This document shows, in pieces, positions 1-11,067 of a stretch of 64,000 nucleotides of DNA. The position numbers and the translations under genes were made by a program. The stretch is from positions 223,760,001 through 223,824,000 of the forward strand of contig NC_086097.1 in the NCBI RefSeq assembly GCF_963921235.1, given 5' to 3'. The notes below the pieces were generated by a model. That model was not told the origin of the DNA, did no database searches, and saw only the letters and a list, made by a program, of their open reading frames with translations. The stretch is from Mobula hypostoma. Its lineage: Eukaryota. Position 1 is the first letter of the stretch. Each line of letters begins with the position of its first letter.

Positions 1-1273
1 CCACCACACATTTATAGAGGTTTTTCAAAGTTGCAGATGTGCAGAATCTTTACAAATTTCAAGATTAGGTTCTGATAGGCAATTGGACATCTGTCAACAA
101 TTCCTCATTAATTTGCAACCACACTGTCTATAGTTTGTCACAAACTCCTTGCTCCAGTACACTGACCTCATGCTATTCAATGTTAGTTGGAACATGAAAA
201 AGGCTGTGTTCAGCCCTTTGTACATGCACTGATGAGTAAAATTTTCTTTGTTTCATCAGATGGTTCATGTGAAATCCTGTAGCACCATCTCTCAATGATA
301 TTCTATTTTAGAATGGTTTCATCATTGTCTCCAAAAAAAAAAGCAGAAAAAAAGGTCAAAAAAACCACCACCTTGTTGACTGGTATCTCGAGTAAAGAAT
401 TGTATGGATAATGTTATTCAAATTTATTTTCTCCTTATCCTGCCTGGGAGTACTTGAAAGTGCTTCTGTAGATCATAGAATCGGTTCAGAAGAGTAGTGA
501 TTATAGTTATCCATACCTGTTCAGGAGCCCTGATGGTTGCAGGGTAATAAATTTTCTGAACATGGTGGTTTGGGTCCTATGGCTCATGTACCTCCTGCCT
601 GATAATAGTAGCGAGAAGAAGGCATAACCTCAATGGAGGAGATATTTGATGACACAGTGCTCCATGTAAATGTACTCAATGGTGGGGAGGGCTTTGCCTA
701 TGATGATCTGGGCTGTATCCACCCTTTTCTGTTGATGTTTCCATATGAAGCTCTGATGAAATCAGTTGAGATACTCTCCACTGTGCATCTATAGAGCTTT
801 GAATGTTTTTGGTGGTATGCTGAATTGATGCAAACTTCCAAGAAAGTAGAGAAGCTGCCGTGCCTTTGTAATTGCACTTGCATGCTGATCCCAGGACAGA
901 TCCTCTAATATGTTAACACCAAGAAATTTAAAGCTACTACCCTCTCCATCGCCATTTGCCTAATGAGGACTGGCTTATGGACCTTGGGCTTCTTCCTTCT
1001 ATAGCTGATAATCAGCTCTTTGGTTTTGCTGACATTGAGTGAGAGGTTGTTGTGACACCACTCAACCAGATTTTCATTCTCCCTCCTACATGTTGATTCA
1101 TTGTCACTTTTGAATCAGCCAACAGCAGTGGTGTTGCCAGCAAACTTAAATACAGTATTGGAGATGTACTTATCCACACAATCATAAAGTTGAGCAGGGG
1201 GCTAAATACACAGCCTTTTAGTCACTTATATTGAAGATGGTGGCAGAAAAAACGTTTGTTTATCCAGTGATAC

Positions 1274-1538
1274 TGTGCGTAGTAGGCCTTTCCAGCCCTT
1301 CGAGACATGCTACCCCAGCAACCCCTGACAAAGCTAATTAGCACTAATCTAATCACGGGACAATTTACAATGACCAATGAACAGTATATCTGGACTGTGG
1401 GAGGAAAGTGGAGGACCTGGACATAACCCATGTATTCTACAAGGAGGAGTATAGAGATTCCTTACAGAATGACACCAGAATTGATCTCTGAACTCTGGAA
1501 TACCCTAAGCTGTAATAGCATTGTGCTACTGTAGCACC
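1274..1538 (-). mobile_element. tRNA-derived V-SINE (HE1-like) inserted in Rex1
   Basis: The plus strand shows GGACAATTTACAATGACCAAT...TGGACTGTGGGAGGAAA, the reverse complement of the V-domain seen in other copies here (28875, 33600, 48494, 61029). Confidence 0.7.
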
Positions 1539-1770
1539 CAATCTATGGTTGAGGAAATTAAGGATTCAGTTTCACAGGGAGGTACCGAGGGCCGGGCTTT
1601 GGAGCTTAGTGATGAGTTTCGAGGGGATGATAGTGTTGACATACTGTTTGCATCCTTATTTTCAAGGTGTTTCAGAACTGAGAAATGAAATGGCACCTGC
1701 TGTTGACTTTTGTAATGGTAAACTGTAGTGTATCCAGATCACTCCTCAGGCAAGAGATGATATGCTTCAC

Positions 1771-2415
1771 GATGAGGAAGGCAAATGCCATGTTAGCATT
1801 CATTTCAAGAGGTCTAGAATACAAGAGCAAGGATGTGATGCTGAGCCTTTATAATGCACTGGCAAGACCTCACCTTGAGTATTGTGAACAGTTTTGGGCC
1901 CCTCATCTTAGAAAAGATGTGTTGGCATTGGAGAGGGTCCTGAGGAGGTTCACAAGGATGATTCCAGGAATGAAAGGGTTATTTTATGGGGAATGTTTGA
2001 TGGCTCTGGGTCTGTACTTGCTGGAATTCAGAAGGATGAGTGGGGATCTTACTGAAACCTTTCAAATGTTGAAAGGCCTAGACTTGGTAGATGTGGAAAG
2101 GATGTTTCCCATGCTGCAAGAGTCTGGGACAAGAGGGCACAACCTCAAAATAGAGATGCAGAGAAATTTTTTAGCCAAAGGGTAGTGAATTTGTGGAATT
2201 TGTTGCCATATGCAGCTGTGGAAGCTAGGTCATCGGGTGTATTTAAGGCAGAGATTGATAGGTTCTTGATTGGATGTGGCATGGAAGGTTACGGGGAGAA
2301 GGCCAGGAAATGGGGTTGAGGAGGAGAGAAAAAAAGGATCAGCTGTGATTGAATGGCAGAACAGACTCGATGGGCCAAATTGCCTAATTCTGCTCCTATG
2401 TCTTATGGTCTTATG
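1771..2415 (+). mobile_element. CR1 LINE 3' fragment (ORF2 C-terminus and 3' UTR)
   Basis: The ORF reads KANAMLAFISRGLEYKSKDVML...RPHLEYCEQFWAPHLRKDV. It ends in the CR1 3' UTR with a TCTTATGG-type terminal repeat. Confidence 0.92.
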
Positions 2416-3915
2416 ACCAACTTCTCAAAACACTTAATTACGGTGGATGCTAGTACTACTGGTCGAAGATGCCCGATGATTAGCACATGTCTTCAGGACT
2501 CGGTCAGATACACTAGCTGGGCCAGATACTTTTTGTGGAGTCACCCTCTTGAAGAATGATCTCATATCAGACTCAGACAGGTCATAGGGTCATTAGGGGC
2601 TTTGGGTGTTTGTGAAATTGCCTTCATGTTTTGTTAGTCAAAGCAAGCACAAAAGGCATTGAACTCAATACCAACAAGAAGACTAGATTTAAGCATTACT
2701 TCACTTTTCTTATTTCTTTCCTTTCCTTCTGCTTTGCAGGGATTGTCAGTGTCTGTTTTGCTTTTCAACCAGAGATTTAACTAATACTGAAAGTGCCAGG
2801 AACGCAGCATGTTAGGACAATGACTCCGCATCAGAATTGGGAAAGTGAGAAAATAAGTACAAGTTGGAAAGAAAAAGTGGGAAGGGAAAAACAACAGATC
2901 TGTATACCTTTCCCCTCATTTTTAGCATTTCAAATGGTATGGCTTCACTTGGACTTCAAAATTTGTTTGTATGCAGTTTTCTTCACACTTGAGAAACCAG
3001 ATGCAGTTTGCCTGTCCCTTATAACCCTGCATTCCACCTGATTTCTTCCCACTATTCCATGTCACCCAGTGTAAGCTTGCTATGTACCTTCATCTCAGAT
3101 TCAACATTGTTAGTTTAGGTTTCTCTTCTGGCTTCATTCATCTCACCATTTGCATTCTTGCATACGGACTTGCTGTGATGAACACTCATTCACTACCCTT
3201 CACACGGTGTCATCTAGACAAACTTCATCTCCAGAGCCATTGCAGATATTCCTTTTCTCTTTGTCTATTCTCCTCTGCAAGTTAAAATGTGCTTACTTTA
3301 TCACTTCGTCAGCACTGATTGATCATTGATCTGTGGTAATGCTTTCTTCCTCCATATATGCAGCTTTTCAATTACGAATAGAATACTTTTTTTTCATTTT
3401 GTGATATTTATTGCCTTCTGCATTGGAGGGGAATGAAGTCAAGTGATCATATGAGATTTAATAAACTAGGGAAAGAAATTATTAAGGATGAGGCTTCCAG
3501 GTGTTGGAGTGATATTTGGGTTTAGGGCATATGCATTTAACAATTGACCTCGGCTACCAGTCTTCACTTCTGAAAATGTATTGTGGATTTAATTTGGAGT
3601 ACAGCTCTAAACAATGGGTTCCTAAAAGCTGTGAATCCTAATCCAGACAATGCTGATTACAATTCATTTGGGTATCTGTGTGTGGATGTGGATCAGGAAG
3701 TGTGAAGGTTGTATGTAGTTTCAAAGAAAGCGTTGTCCATACATTGTAAATATGGAGTTGTCCTTTGATAAAATATGGAGCCCCATGTTGGGCCAGCAGA
3801 CCTTTCCACTGAAAGCGTCTCCATATGATGCCAACTGTACCTTGCTTTGTCAAATAAAGAAGCTGCTTTGTATCAACCAGTAATTTTTTCCAGTGACTTC
3901 GTTCATGCAACAGCA

Positions 3916-4330
3916 CGAGGTACTTTGAGACTAATGATAAAATAGGTCAAAGTCAGCATGGTTTCTGTAAAGGAAAATCTTGCCTGACAAATCTATTAGA
4001 GTTTTTCAAGGAAGTAACAAGCAGAGTGGACAAAGGAGAGGCATGGATGTCCTGGGACTAGCACGCACGTGCCATCACAGCAAAGGCACAACAGTGCCAC
4101 TACTTCCTTAGACATTTGCGCAGATTTGTTATGGTCATACTTTATTGATCCCGGGGGAAATTGGTTTTCATTACCGTTGCACCATAAATAATTAAATAGT
4201 AATAAAACCATAAATAGTTAAATAGTAATATGGAAAGCCCTCCCACCATTGAGCACATCTACAAGGAAAGCAGCATTCATCATCAAGGAACCCCACCATC
4301 CAGGCTGTGCTCTCTTCTCGCTTCTTGTGA
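3916..4330 (+). mobile_element. Short CR1 RT fragment followed by Rex1 fragments
   Basis: SQHGFCKGKSCLTNLLEFF lies at ~3950-4010 and IIKEPHHPGCALFSLL at ~4275-4325. Confidence 0.65.
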
Positions 4331-4689
4331 CACAATTATTTAAGAAAGGGAAGAGGACAAAATATGGGATTATAAATGTTAGATGGTGCCCATTATTGCT
4401 GGCATCTAGTATTGGACTGGATTGTGCATAATCTGGCCAGCTGCCCCCTTTGCATCCCCCACAACCCACATTTTTCCCAAAGCTGCACTTGCCTTTCGCA
4501 GTCTATTCCTCCAGGAGCCCTAGCTAAAGATCCAGTTACTCTGCTGACTTTGATAGCCTTTGAACAATTTTTAAATGTCATTGTGGAGACTTAAAATTTT
4601 TAAATTAACTTAACACAAATTTCTTTTAAAATACAGTTAAGTGCTAAAAATTACTTTTTAAAAATTGGCCATAGAAGCTAGATCAGGCT

Positions 4690-4955
4690 GTTATTCTGGA
4701 TGAGGGTTCTTGAACAGTGGTGTCCCATAAGGATCAGTGTTGGGACCAATGTGATGTTTATCAGAACCTTGGTTTAAAATATCTGATGAGTATTTTAGCA
4801 AGTTTGCAGATGATGCCAAAATTGGTGGAGTTGTGGAGAGTGTAAAGAACTATCAACAATTATAGTGGGTTATAGATCAGTTACTGATATGGACAGAGAA
4901 ATGGCATGTAGAGTTTCATTTGGGCAAGCATGAGGTGTTGCACTTAGGGAGATCT
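4690..4955 (+). mobile_element. Degenerate CR1 RT fragment
   Basis: Carries SGVP*GSVLGP and SKFADDAKIGG motifs. Confidence 0.75.
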
Positions 4956-6470
4956 TGTAATGCCTGGCTTCCATGTCCCTAAACAAATGTAGGTATGCTT
5001 AGATTTATTTGAAGGTATCTGTTCACATCTTTTTACCTTCTGCTACTTGAGATCCTTGACTCCAAAGGAAAAAAAAAGAATTTGATCTTAAACCGTTTTT
5101 CTTAGACTGGCATCCTTGTTTATGCTTTTTGAAAATGTGTATATATTTCCCAGTCCATGCTGGGTGTGAAAATAGAGGGGAAAAAAGTTTCAGTAGTACG
5201 CTAAAGGAACCTTGCATTTAATCTGGTAACACGGATATCCGTCTCTCTGAATGCTTTATTGCTGTTTTTACTTGGTGCTCTTTGTCTCTTTTCTTTCATT
5301 TTATTGCTCTTGCACCCTGAAAATTAACCATATTCTATTCTGTATGACTTAATATTGCAGTGTTTTCCAATCAGCTTACCAGCAGATTTCCTGTGATCAT
5401 GCTATCTGTTTAAATTCTGTCAGTTGTTTGGCTAAGATCGAGTCTTAGAAAATCTGTTACAACCACTTCACAACAGAGGAAGCTTAGTGATTCCTCAATG
5501 AAAAATGTTAGCAAGAATTGGATTGGGAAAATCAGGTCGGCACTGGATCTCAAGAGAGAGAATTTGTAGAATGTCTGCGAGATGGCTTTTTAGAACAGCT
5601 TGTTGTTGAGCCCACTGGGGGATCGGCTGCAATGGATTGGGTACTGTGTAATGAACCGGAGGTGATTGGAGAGATTGAGGTGAAGGAACCCTTAAGAGGC
5701 AGTGATCATAACATGATTGAGTTCACTGTGAAATTTGAAAAAGAGAAGCCGAAATCTGATGTGTCGGTATTTCAGTGGAGTAAAGGAAATTATAGTGGCA
5801 TGAGAGAGGAACTGGCCAAAGTTGACTGGAAATGGACACTGGTGGGAAGGACAGCAGAGCAGCAGTGGCTGGAGTTTATGCGAGAAGTGAGGAAGGTGCA
5901 AGACAGGTATATTCCAAAAAGGAAGAAATTTTTGAATGGAAAAAGAATGCAACCATGGCTGACAAGAGAAGTCAAAGCCAAAGTTAAAGCAAAGGAGAGG
6001 GCATACAAGGAAGCAAAAATTAGTGGGAAGACAGAGGATTGGAAAGTTTTTTAAAAGCTTACCAAAGGAAACTAAGAAGGTCATTAAGAGGGAAAAGATA
6101 AACTATGAAAGGAAGGTAGCAAATAATATCAAAGAGGATACTAAAAGCTTTTTCATGTATATAAAGAGTACAAGACAGGTGAGAGTAGATATAGGACCAA
6201 TAGAAAATGATGCTGGAGAAATTGTAATGGGAGATAAAGAGATGGCGGGGGAACTGAACAAGTATTTTGCATCAGTCTTCACTGAGGAAGACATCAGCAG
6301 TATACCGGACACTCAAGGGTGGCAAGGAAGAGAAGTGTGCACAGTCACAATTACGACAGAGAAAGTACTCAGGAAGTTGAATAGTCTAAAGATAGATAAA
6401 TCTCCCAGACCAGATGGAATGCACCCTCGTGTTCTGAAGGAAGTAGCTGTGGAGATTGCGGAGGCATTAG

Positions 6471-7481
6471 TGTGAGGGGATCCAGGAGTGCCCCTATTAA
6501 CTGTTTGAAGAGAGACAGAGAGAGACATTCGTCATTGATGGTTTGCTTGGAAAGGAGAGAGACGAAGATTAACAGTTGGACTGTCACTTTAAGGCATTGG
6601 AAGTAACTTTGGATTTCTACTGAGTTTGGAGTTGGAGACAGTACCAAGCAGCTCGAAAGTTGCTATGGTGACCGAAGGCAGTGTTATTTAACGGACACTC
6701 GATGTTATAATTTTCAGCAGATTGTTGATATTTCTTCAAGGACTTGTTGCCTATTTGTGCACTCCTTTACAGACAAAGGAAGGAGGGACTCTTTGAATGA
6801 CAGGTGATGCTCAGCCTGGTGAGATAAATAGGAGGTCAGATGATACAGACCTCAGACACATGATCTGGACACTGAATGAGCATTGTTGTGCCCGCAGAGA
6901 AAGTGGGTTTTGGAGGATTGATCAGGCGGATTGATCCAATTTGCTATTCCACCAGTGAAGAAGGGGTTTACTGGTGGGGAGTTGTCTATGTGTCCACCCT
7001 TGCCAGGGTGATAGCTCCACCACAGGAAAACCGGTCCCCCTGGTTAAAGTCACAGTCGGTGACTTGTAAAGGATTTCGGAGGACAACACGAAGATCGACG
7101 GCATCAGCTCACCTGAAGACTCATAACTCCCTCTGTCCCTCTCTCCCTCTGTCCCTCTGTCCCTCTGTCCCTCTGTCCCTCTGTCCCTCTGTCCCTCTGT
7201 CCCCATCACTACTCAACTAAATGCCATGAACTGAACCGAACTTTACTCAACATCATAAGACTGTATCTTTTTACCCCTTGACTTAAAGAAGCTTGGTTTT
7301 TTCATGCATATATATTCCACACTTACTTTTTTATATAATCATTGCTAACCTGTGTGATTTATTCACTTTTATATTACTGTATTGCGTAGTTACTAATAAA
7401 TATTATTAGTTTATAGCAATACTAGACTCCAAAGTAGTTTCTATTTCTGCTTTCTTTATCCCCGTCACGGGGTACGTGACA
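6471..7481 (+). mobile_element. Solo LTR (1011 bp, TG...CA) with 5-bp TSD ATTAG; family unknown
   Basis: Starts TGTGAG and ends GTGACA, with ATTAG at 6466-6470 and 7482-7486. Removing it restores the CR1 frame EALAMIFQ. A TATA-like GATAAATA (~6823) and AATAAA (~7395) suggest + orientation. Confidence 0.85.
7128..7203. repeat. (CCCTCTGT)n tandem repeat inside the solo LTR
   Basis: About nine near-perfect 8-bp units. Confidence 0.95.
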
Positions 7482-9000
7482 ATTAGCAATGATCTTTCAA
7501 AGGTCGATAGATTCTGGCATGGTTCTGGAGGATTGGAAGATTGCAAATGACTCTCCGCTACTTAAGAAGGGGGCGAGGAAGCAAAAAGGAAATTATAGAC
7601 CTGTTAGCTTGACATCTGTGGTTGGGAAGTTGTTGGAGTCGATTGTCAAGGATGAGGTTACAGAGTACCTGGAGGCATATGACAAGATAGGCAGAACTCA
7701 GCATGGATTCCTTAAAGGAAAATCCTGCCTGACAAACCTATTACAATTTTTTGAGGAAATTACAAGTAGGCTAGACAAGGGAGATGCAGTGGATGTTGTA
7801 TATTTGGATTTTCAGAAGGCCTTTGACAAGGTGCCACACATGAGGCTACTTAACAAGATAAGAGTCATGGAATTACGGGAAAGTTACATACGTGGATAGA
7901 CCGTTGGTTGATTGGCAGGAAACAGAGAGTGGGAATAAAGGGATCCTATTCTGGTTGGCTGCCGGTTACCAGTGGTGTTCCACAGGGGTCCATGTTGGGA
8001 CCGCTCCTTTCTACATTGTACATCAACGATTCGGATTATGGAATAGATGGCTTTGTGGCTAAGTTTGCTGACGATACGAAGATAGGTGGAGGGGCCGGTA
8101 GTGCTGAGGAAACGGAGAGTCTGCAGATCGACTTGGATAGATTGGAAGAATGGGCAGGGAAGTAGCAAATGAAATACAATGTTGGAAAGTGTATGGTTTT
8201 GCACTTTGGCAGAAGAAATAAATGGGCAGACTATTATTTAAATGGGGAAAGAATTCAAAGTTCTGAGATGCAACGGGACTTGGGAGTCCTCGTACAGGAT
8301 ACCCTTATGGTTAACCTCCAGGTTGAGTCGGTGGTGAAGAAGGCAAATGCAATGTTGGCATTCATTTCTAGAGGAATAGAGTATAGGAGCAGGGATGTGA
8401 CGTTGAGGCTCTATAAGGCGCTGGTGAGACCTCACTTGGAGGACTGTGGGCAGTTTTGGTCTCCTTATTTAAGAAAGAATGTGCTGACGTTGGAGAGGGA
8501 ACAGAGAAGATTCTAGAATGATTCCGGGAATGAGAGGGTTAACATATGAGGAACGTTTGTCGGCTCTTGGACTGTATCCCTTGGAGTTTAGAAGAATGAG
8601 GGGAGACCTCATTGAAACATTTCGAATGTTGAAAGGCATGGACAGAGTGGATGTGGCAAAGTTGTTTCCCATGATGGAGGAGTCTAGTACGAGAGGGCAT
8701 GACTTAAGGATTGAAGGGAGCCCATTCAGAACAGAAATGCGAAGAAATTTTTTTAGCCATAGGGTGGTAAATCTATGGAATTTGTTGCCACGGGTGGCAG
8801 TGGAGGCCAAATCATTGGGTGTATTTAAGGCAGAGATTGATAGGTATCTGAGTAGCCATGGCATCAAAGGTTATGGTGAGTAGGTGGGGGAGTGGGATTA
8901 AATGGGAGAATGGATCAGCTCATGATAAAATGGCGGAGCAGACTCGATGGGCCAAATGGCCAACTTCTGCTCCTTTGTCTTATGGTCTAATTGATTGTTG

Positions 9001-10237
9001 GCAACACACACAAAATGCTGGAGCATCTCAGCAGGCCAGGCAGCATCCATTGAAAAGAGTATAGTCAATGGAGGGAAAGAAAGATAAGGATTAGATTTAA
9101 AAGGTTGGGTGAGGGGAGGAAGGAGAAAGAACCATTAGGTGACAGGTGAAACCGGGGGGGGGGGCATTGGGGGATGACATAAAGTGCTGGGAAGTTGATT
9201 GGTGAAAGAGATAAAAGGCTGGAGAATGGGGATCTAATAGGAGAGGACAGAAGGCTATGGAAGAAAGAAAAGGGGGGAGGAGCACCAGAAGGAGGCAATG
9301 GGCAGGCAAGGAGATAAAGTGAGAGAGGGAAAAGGGGATGGGGAATGGTGAGGTGGGGGAACGTTACTGGAAGTTCAAGAAGTCAATATTCATGCCCTCA
9401 GGTTGGAGGCTACCCAGATGGAATACAAGGTGTTGCTCCTCCAACCTAAGTGTGGGCTCATCACAACAGTAGAGGAGGCCATGGATGGACATATCGGAAT
9501 GGGAATGGAAAGTGGAATTAAAATGGATGGCCACTGGGAAATCCTGCTTCTTCTGGCACACAGAGCGTAGGTACTTAGTGAAGTGGTCTTCCAATTTATG
9601 TTGGGTCTCACCAATATACAGGAGGTCACAGTGGAAGCACTGGACACAGTATATGACCCCAGCAAACTCACAGGTGAAGTGGTTGCCTCACCAGGAAAGA
9701 CTGTTTGGGGCCCTGAATGGTAGTGAAGGAGGAGGTATGGCACTTGTTCCACTTGCAAGGATAAGTGCCAGGAGGAAGATCAGTGGGGAGGAACAAATGG
9801 ACAAGGGAGTCATGTAGGGAGCGGTCCCTGCAGAAAACAGAGAGTGGGTGGTATCCCATTGGAGATTGTGGTTGGTGGTGGGATCCCGTAGGAGACGGCG
9901 GAAGTTCCGGAGAATTGTGTGTTGGACACGGAGGCTGGTGGGGTGGTAGGTGAGGACAAGAGGAACCCTATCCCTGGTAGGGTGGCGGGAGGATGGGGTG
10001 AGAGTAGACATGCGTGAAATGAAAGAGATATGATTAATGTCAGCATTGATGGTGGAGGAAGGGAAGTCCCTTTCTTGAAAGAAAGAGGACATCTCCCTCG
10101 TTCTGGAATGAAGAGCCTTTTCCTGAGAGCAGATGCAGCAGAGACGGGGATGGCATATTTATAAGTAACAGGGTGGGATAAGGTGTAGTCCAGCTAGCTG
10201 TGAGAGTCCATGGGTTTATAATAGCCAAAATCAGTAA
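9001..10237 (-). mobile_element. Penelope-like element fragment (RT C-terminus, GIY-YIG endonuclease, 3' end)
   Basis: The minus strand gives YYKPMDSH, RVPLVLTYHP, a TCEFAGVIYCVQC...YIGET GIY-YIG-like region and PVAIHFN...RLEEQHLVFHLGSLQPEGMN. Its tail TGCTG...CCAGCATTTTGTGTGTGTTGC is shared with other copies. Confidence 0.88.
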
Positions 10238-10757
10238 GCTTATATTTTGTCTAAGTAGCCTCCAACCTGATGGCATAAACATCGATTTCTTGAACTTCCT
10301 GTATTGACCCCCCCCTTCACCATTCCCCATCCGCTTTTCCCTCTCTAAACTTTATCTCCTTGCCTACTTATTGTCTGCATCTGGTGCTCCTATCCACTTT
10401 TCTTTTTTCCATGGCCTTCTGTCCTCTCCCATCTTATTCCCCCTTCTCCAGCCTTGTAGCTCTTTCAATAATCAACTTTTCAACTCTTTACTTCACCCCT
10501 CCCCCTCCCAGTTTCACCTATCACCTTGTGTTCCTCCCTCCCCTCCCTCCCCTCCCTCCCCTCCCTCCCCTCCCTCCCCTCCCTCCCCTCCCTCCACCTT
10601 TTAAATCTACTCCTCATCTTTTTCCAGTCCTGCTGAAGGGTCTTTGTCCAAAATGTTGGCTACTTTTTTCCATAGGTGCTGCCTGTCCTGCTGAATTCCT
10701 CCAGCATTTTGGATGTGTTGCTTGGATTTCCAACATCTGCAGATTTTCTCTTGTTTG
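10238..10757 (+). mobile_element. Inverted Penelope-like terminal repeat (ORF end, pyrimidine-rich UTR, degenerate hammerhead, tail)
   Basis: Reads LIFCLSSLQPDGINIDF and is homologous to the 3' part of the adjacent minus-strand copy. CAGTCCTGCTGAAGGGTC lies at ~10625. Confidence 0.85.
10532..10594. repeat. (CCTCCCCTC)n tandem repeat
   Basis: About seven 9-bp units within the PLE UTR. Confidence 0.9.
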
Positions 10758-11067
10758 TGAAGACCTGGTTGATTCTGGTTGCCCAAAGGTCTAGAGATAA
10801 CATACGAATGTTTTAATTGTAGAATGAAAAATTATGCTTTTGCTTAGTGGCTCTCACAGTACGGTGATGCTCATTCTTGGCCTTCACCAGTTATTCACTG
10901 CTAAGCCTGGGTATGTTTTCCACATGTGAATATAAGCAATAACTGCAAACTATTCATCTTTTAAAAACATTAAACCTAACTAATCCATGTTATTTCTGCT
11001 CACGTACGTTCACGCACACATACAGAGCAATGGCTACTAAAAAATACTTTGCAGCAGTTAGTTGTTT

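Larger units (their letters stand above)
510..2670 (-). mobile_element. Rex1/Babar-type LINE remnant (RT to C-terminus), interrupted by a V-SINE and a CR1 fragment
   Basis: The minus strand gives degenerate Rex1-type motifs EFNAF (~2660), RPVVLASTVIKCFEKLV (2416-2465), KHIISCLRSDLDTLQF (1722-1768) and TIIPSKLITKLQ (~1600-1637). A C-terminal LLSGRRY-like segment lies near 590-610. Confidence 0.8.
5517..8990 (+). mobile_element. 5'-truncated CR1 LINE (endonuclease C-terminus, RT, 3' UTR), split by a solo LTR
   Basis: Successive ORFs carry GSDHN, NYRPVSLTSVVGK, QHGF, YLDFQKAFDKV, GVPQGS, FADDTK and RPHLE motifs with frameshifts and stops. The 3' UTR ends ...CTTATGGTCT. Confidence 0.95.

Noticed and set aside
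8990..9001. PLE tails abutting CR1 3' ends (also at 63841) as targeted insertion
   Set aside because: There are only two cases in a window saturated with CR1, so chance is sufficient.
10360..10794. Proline-rich 144-aa ORF
   Set aside because: It is a translation of the PLE 3' UTR and a 9-bp tandem repeat.
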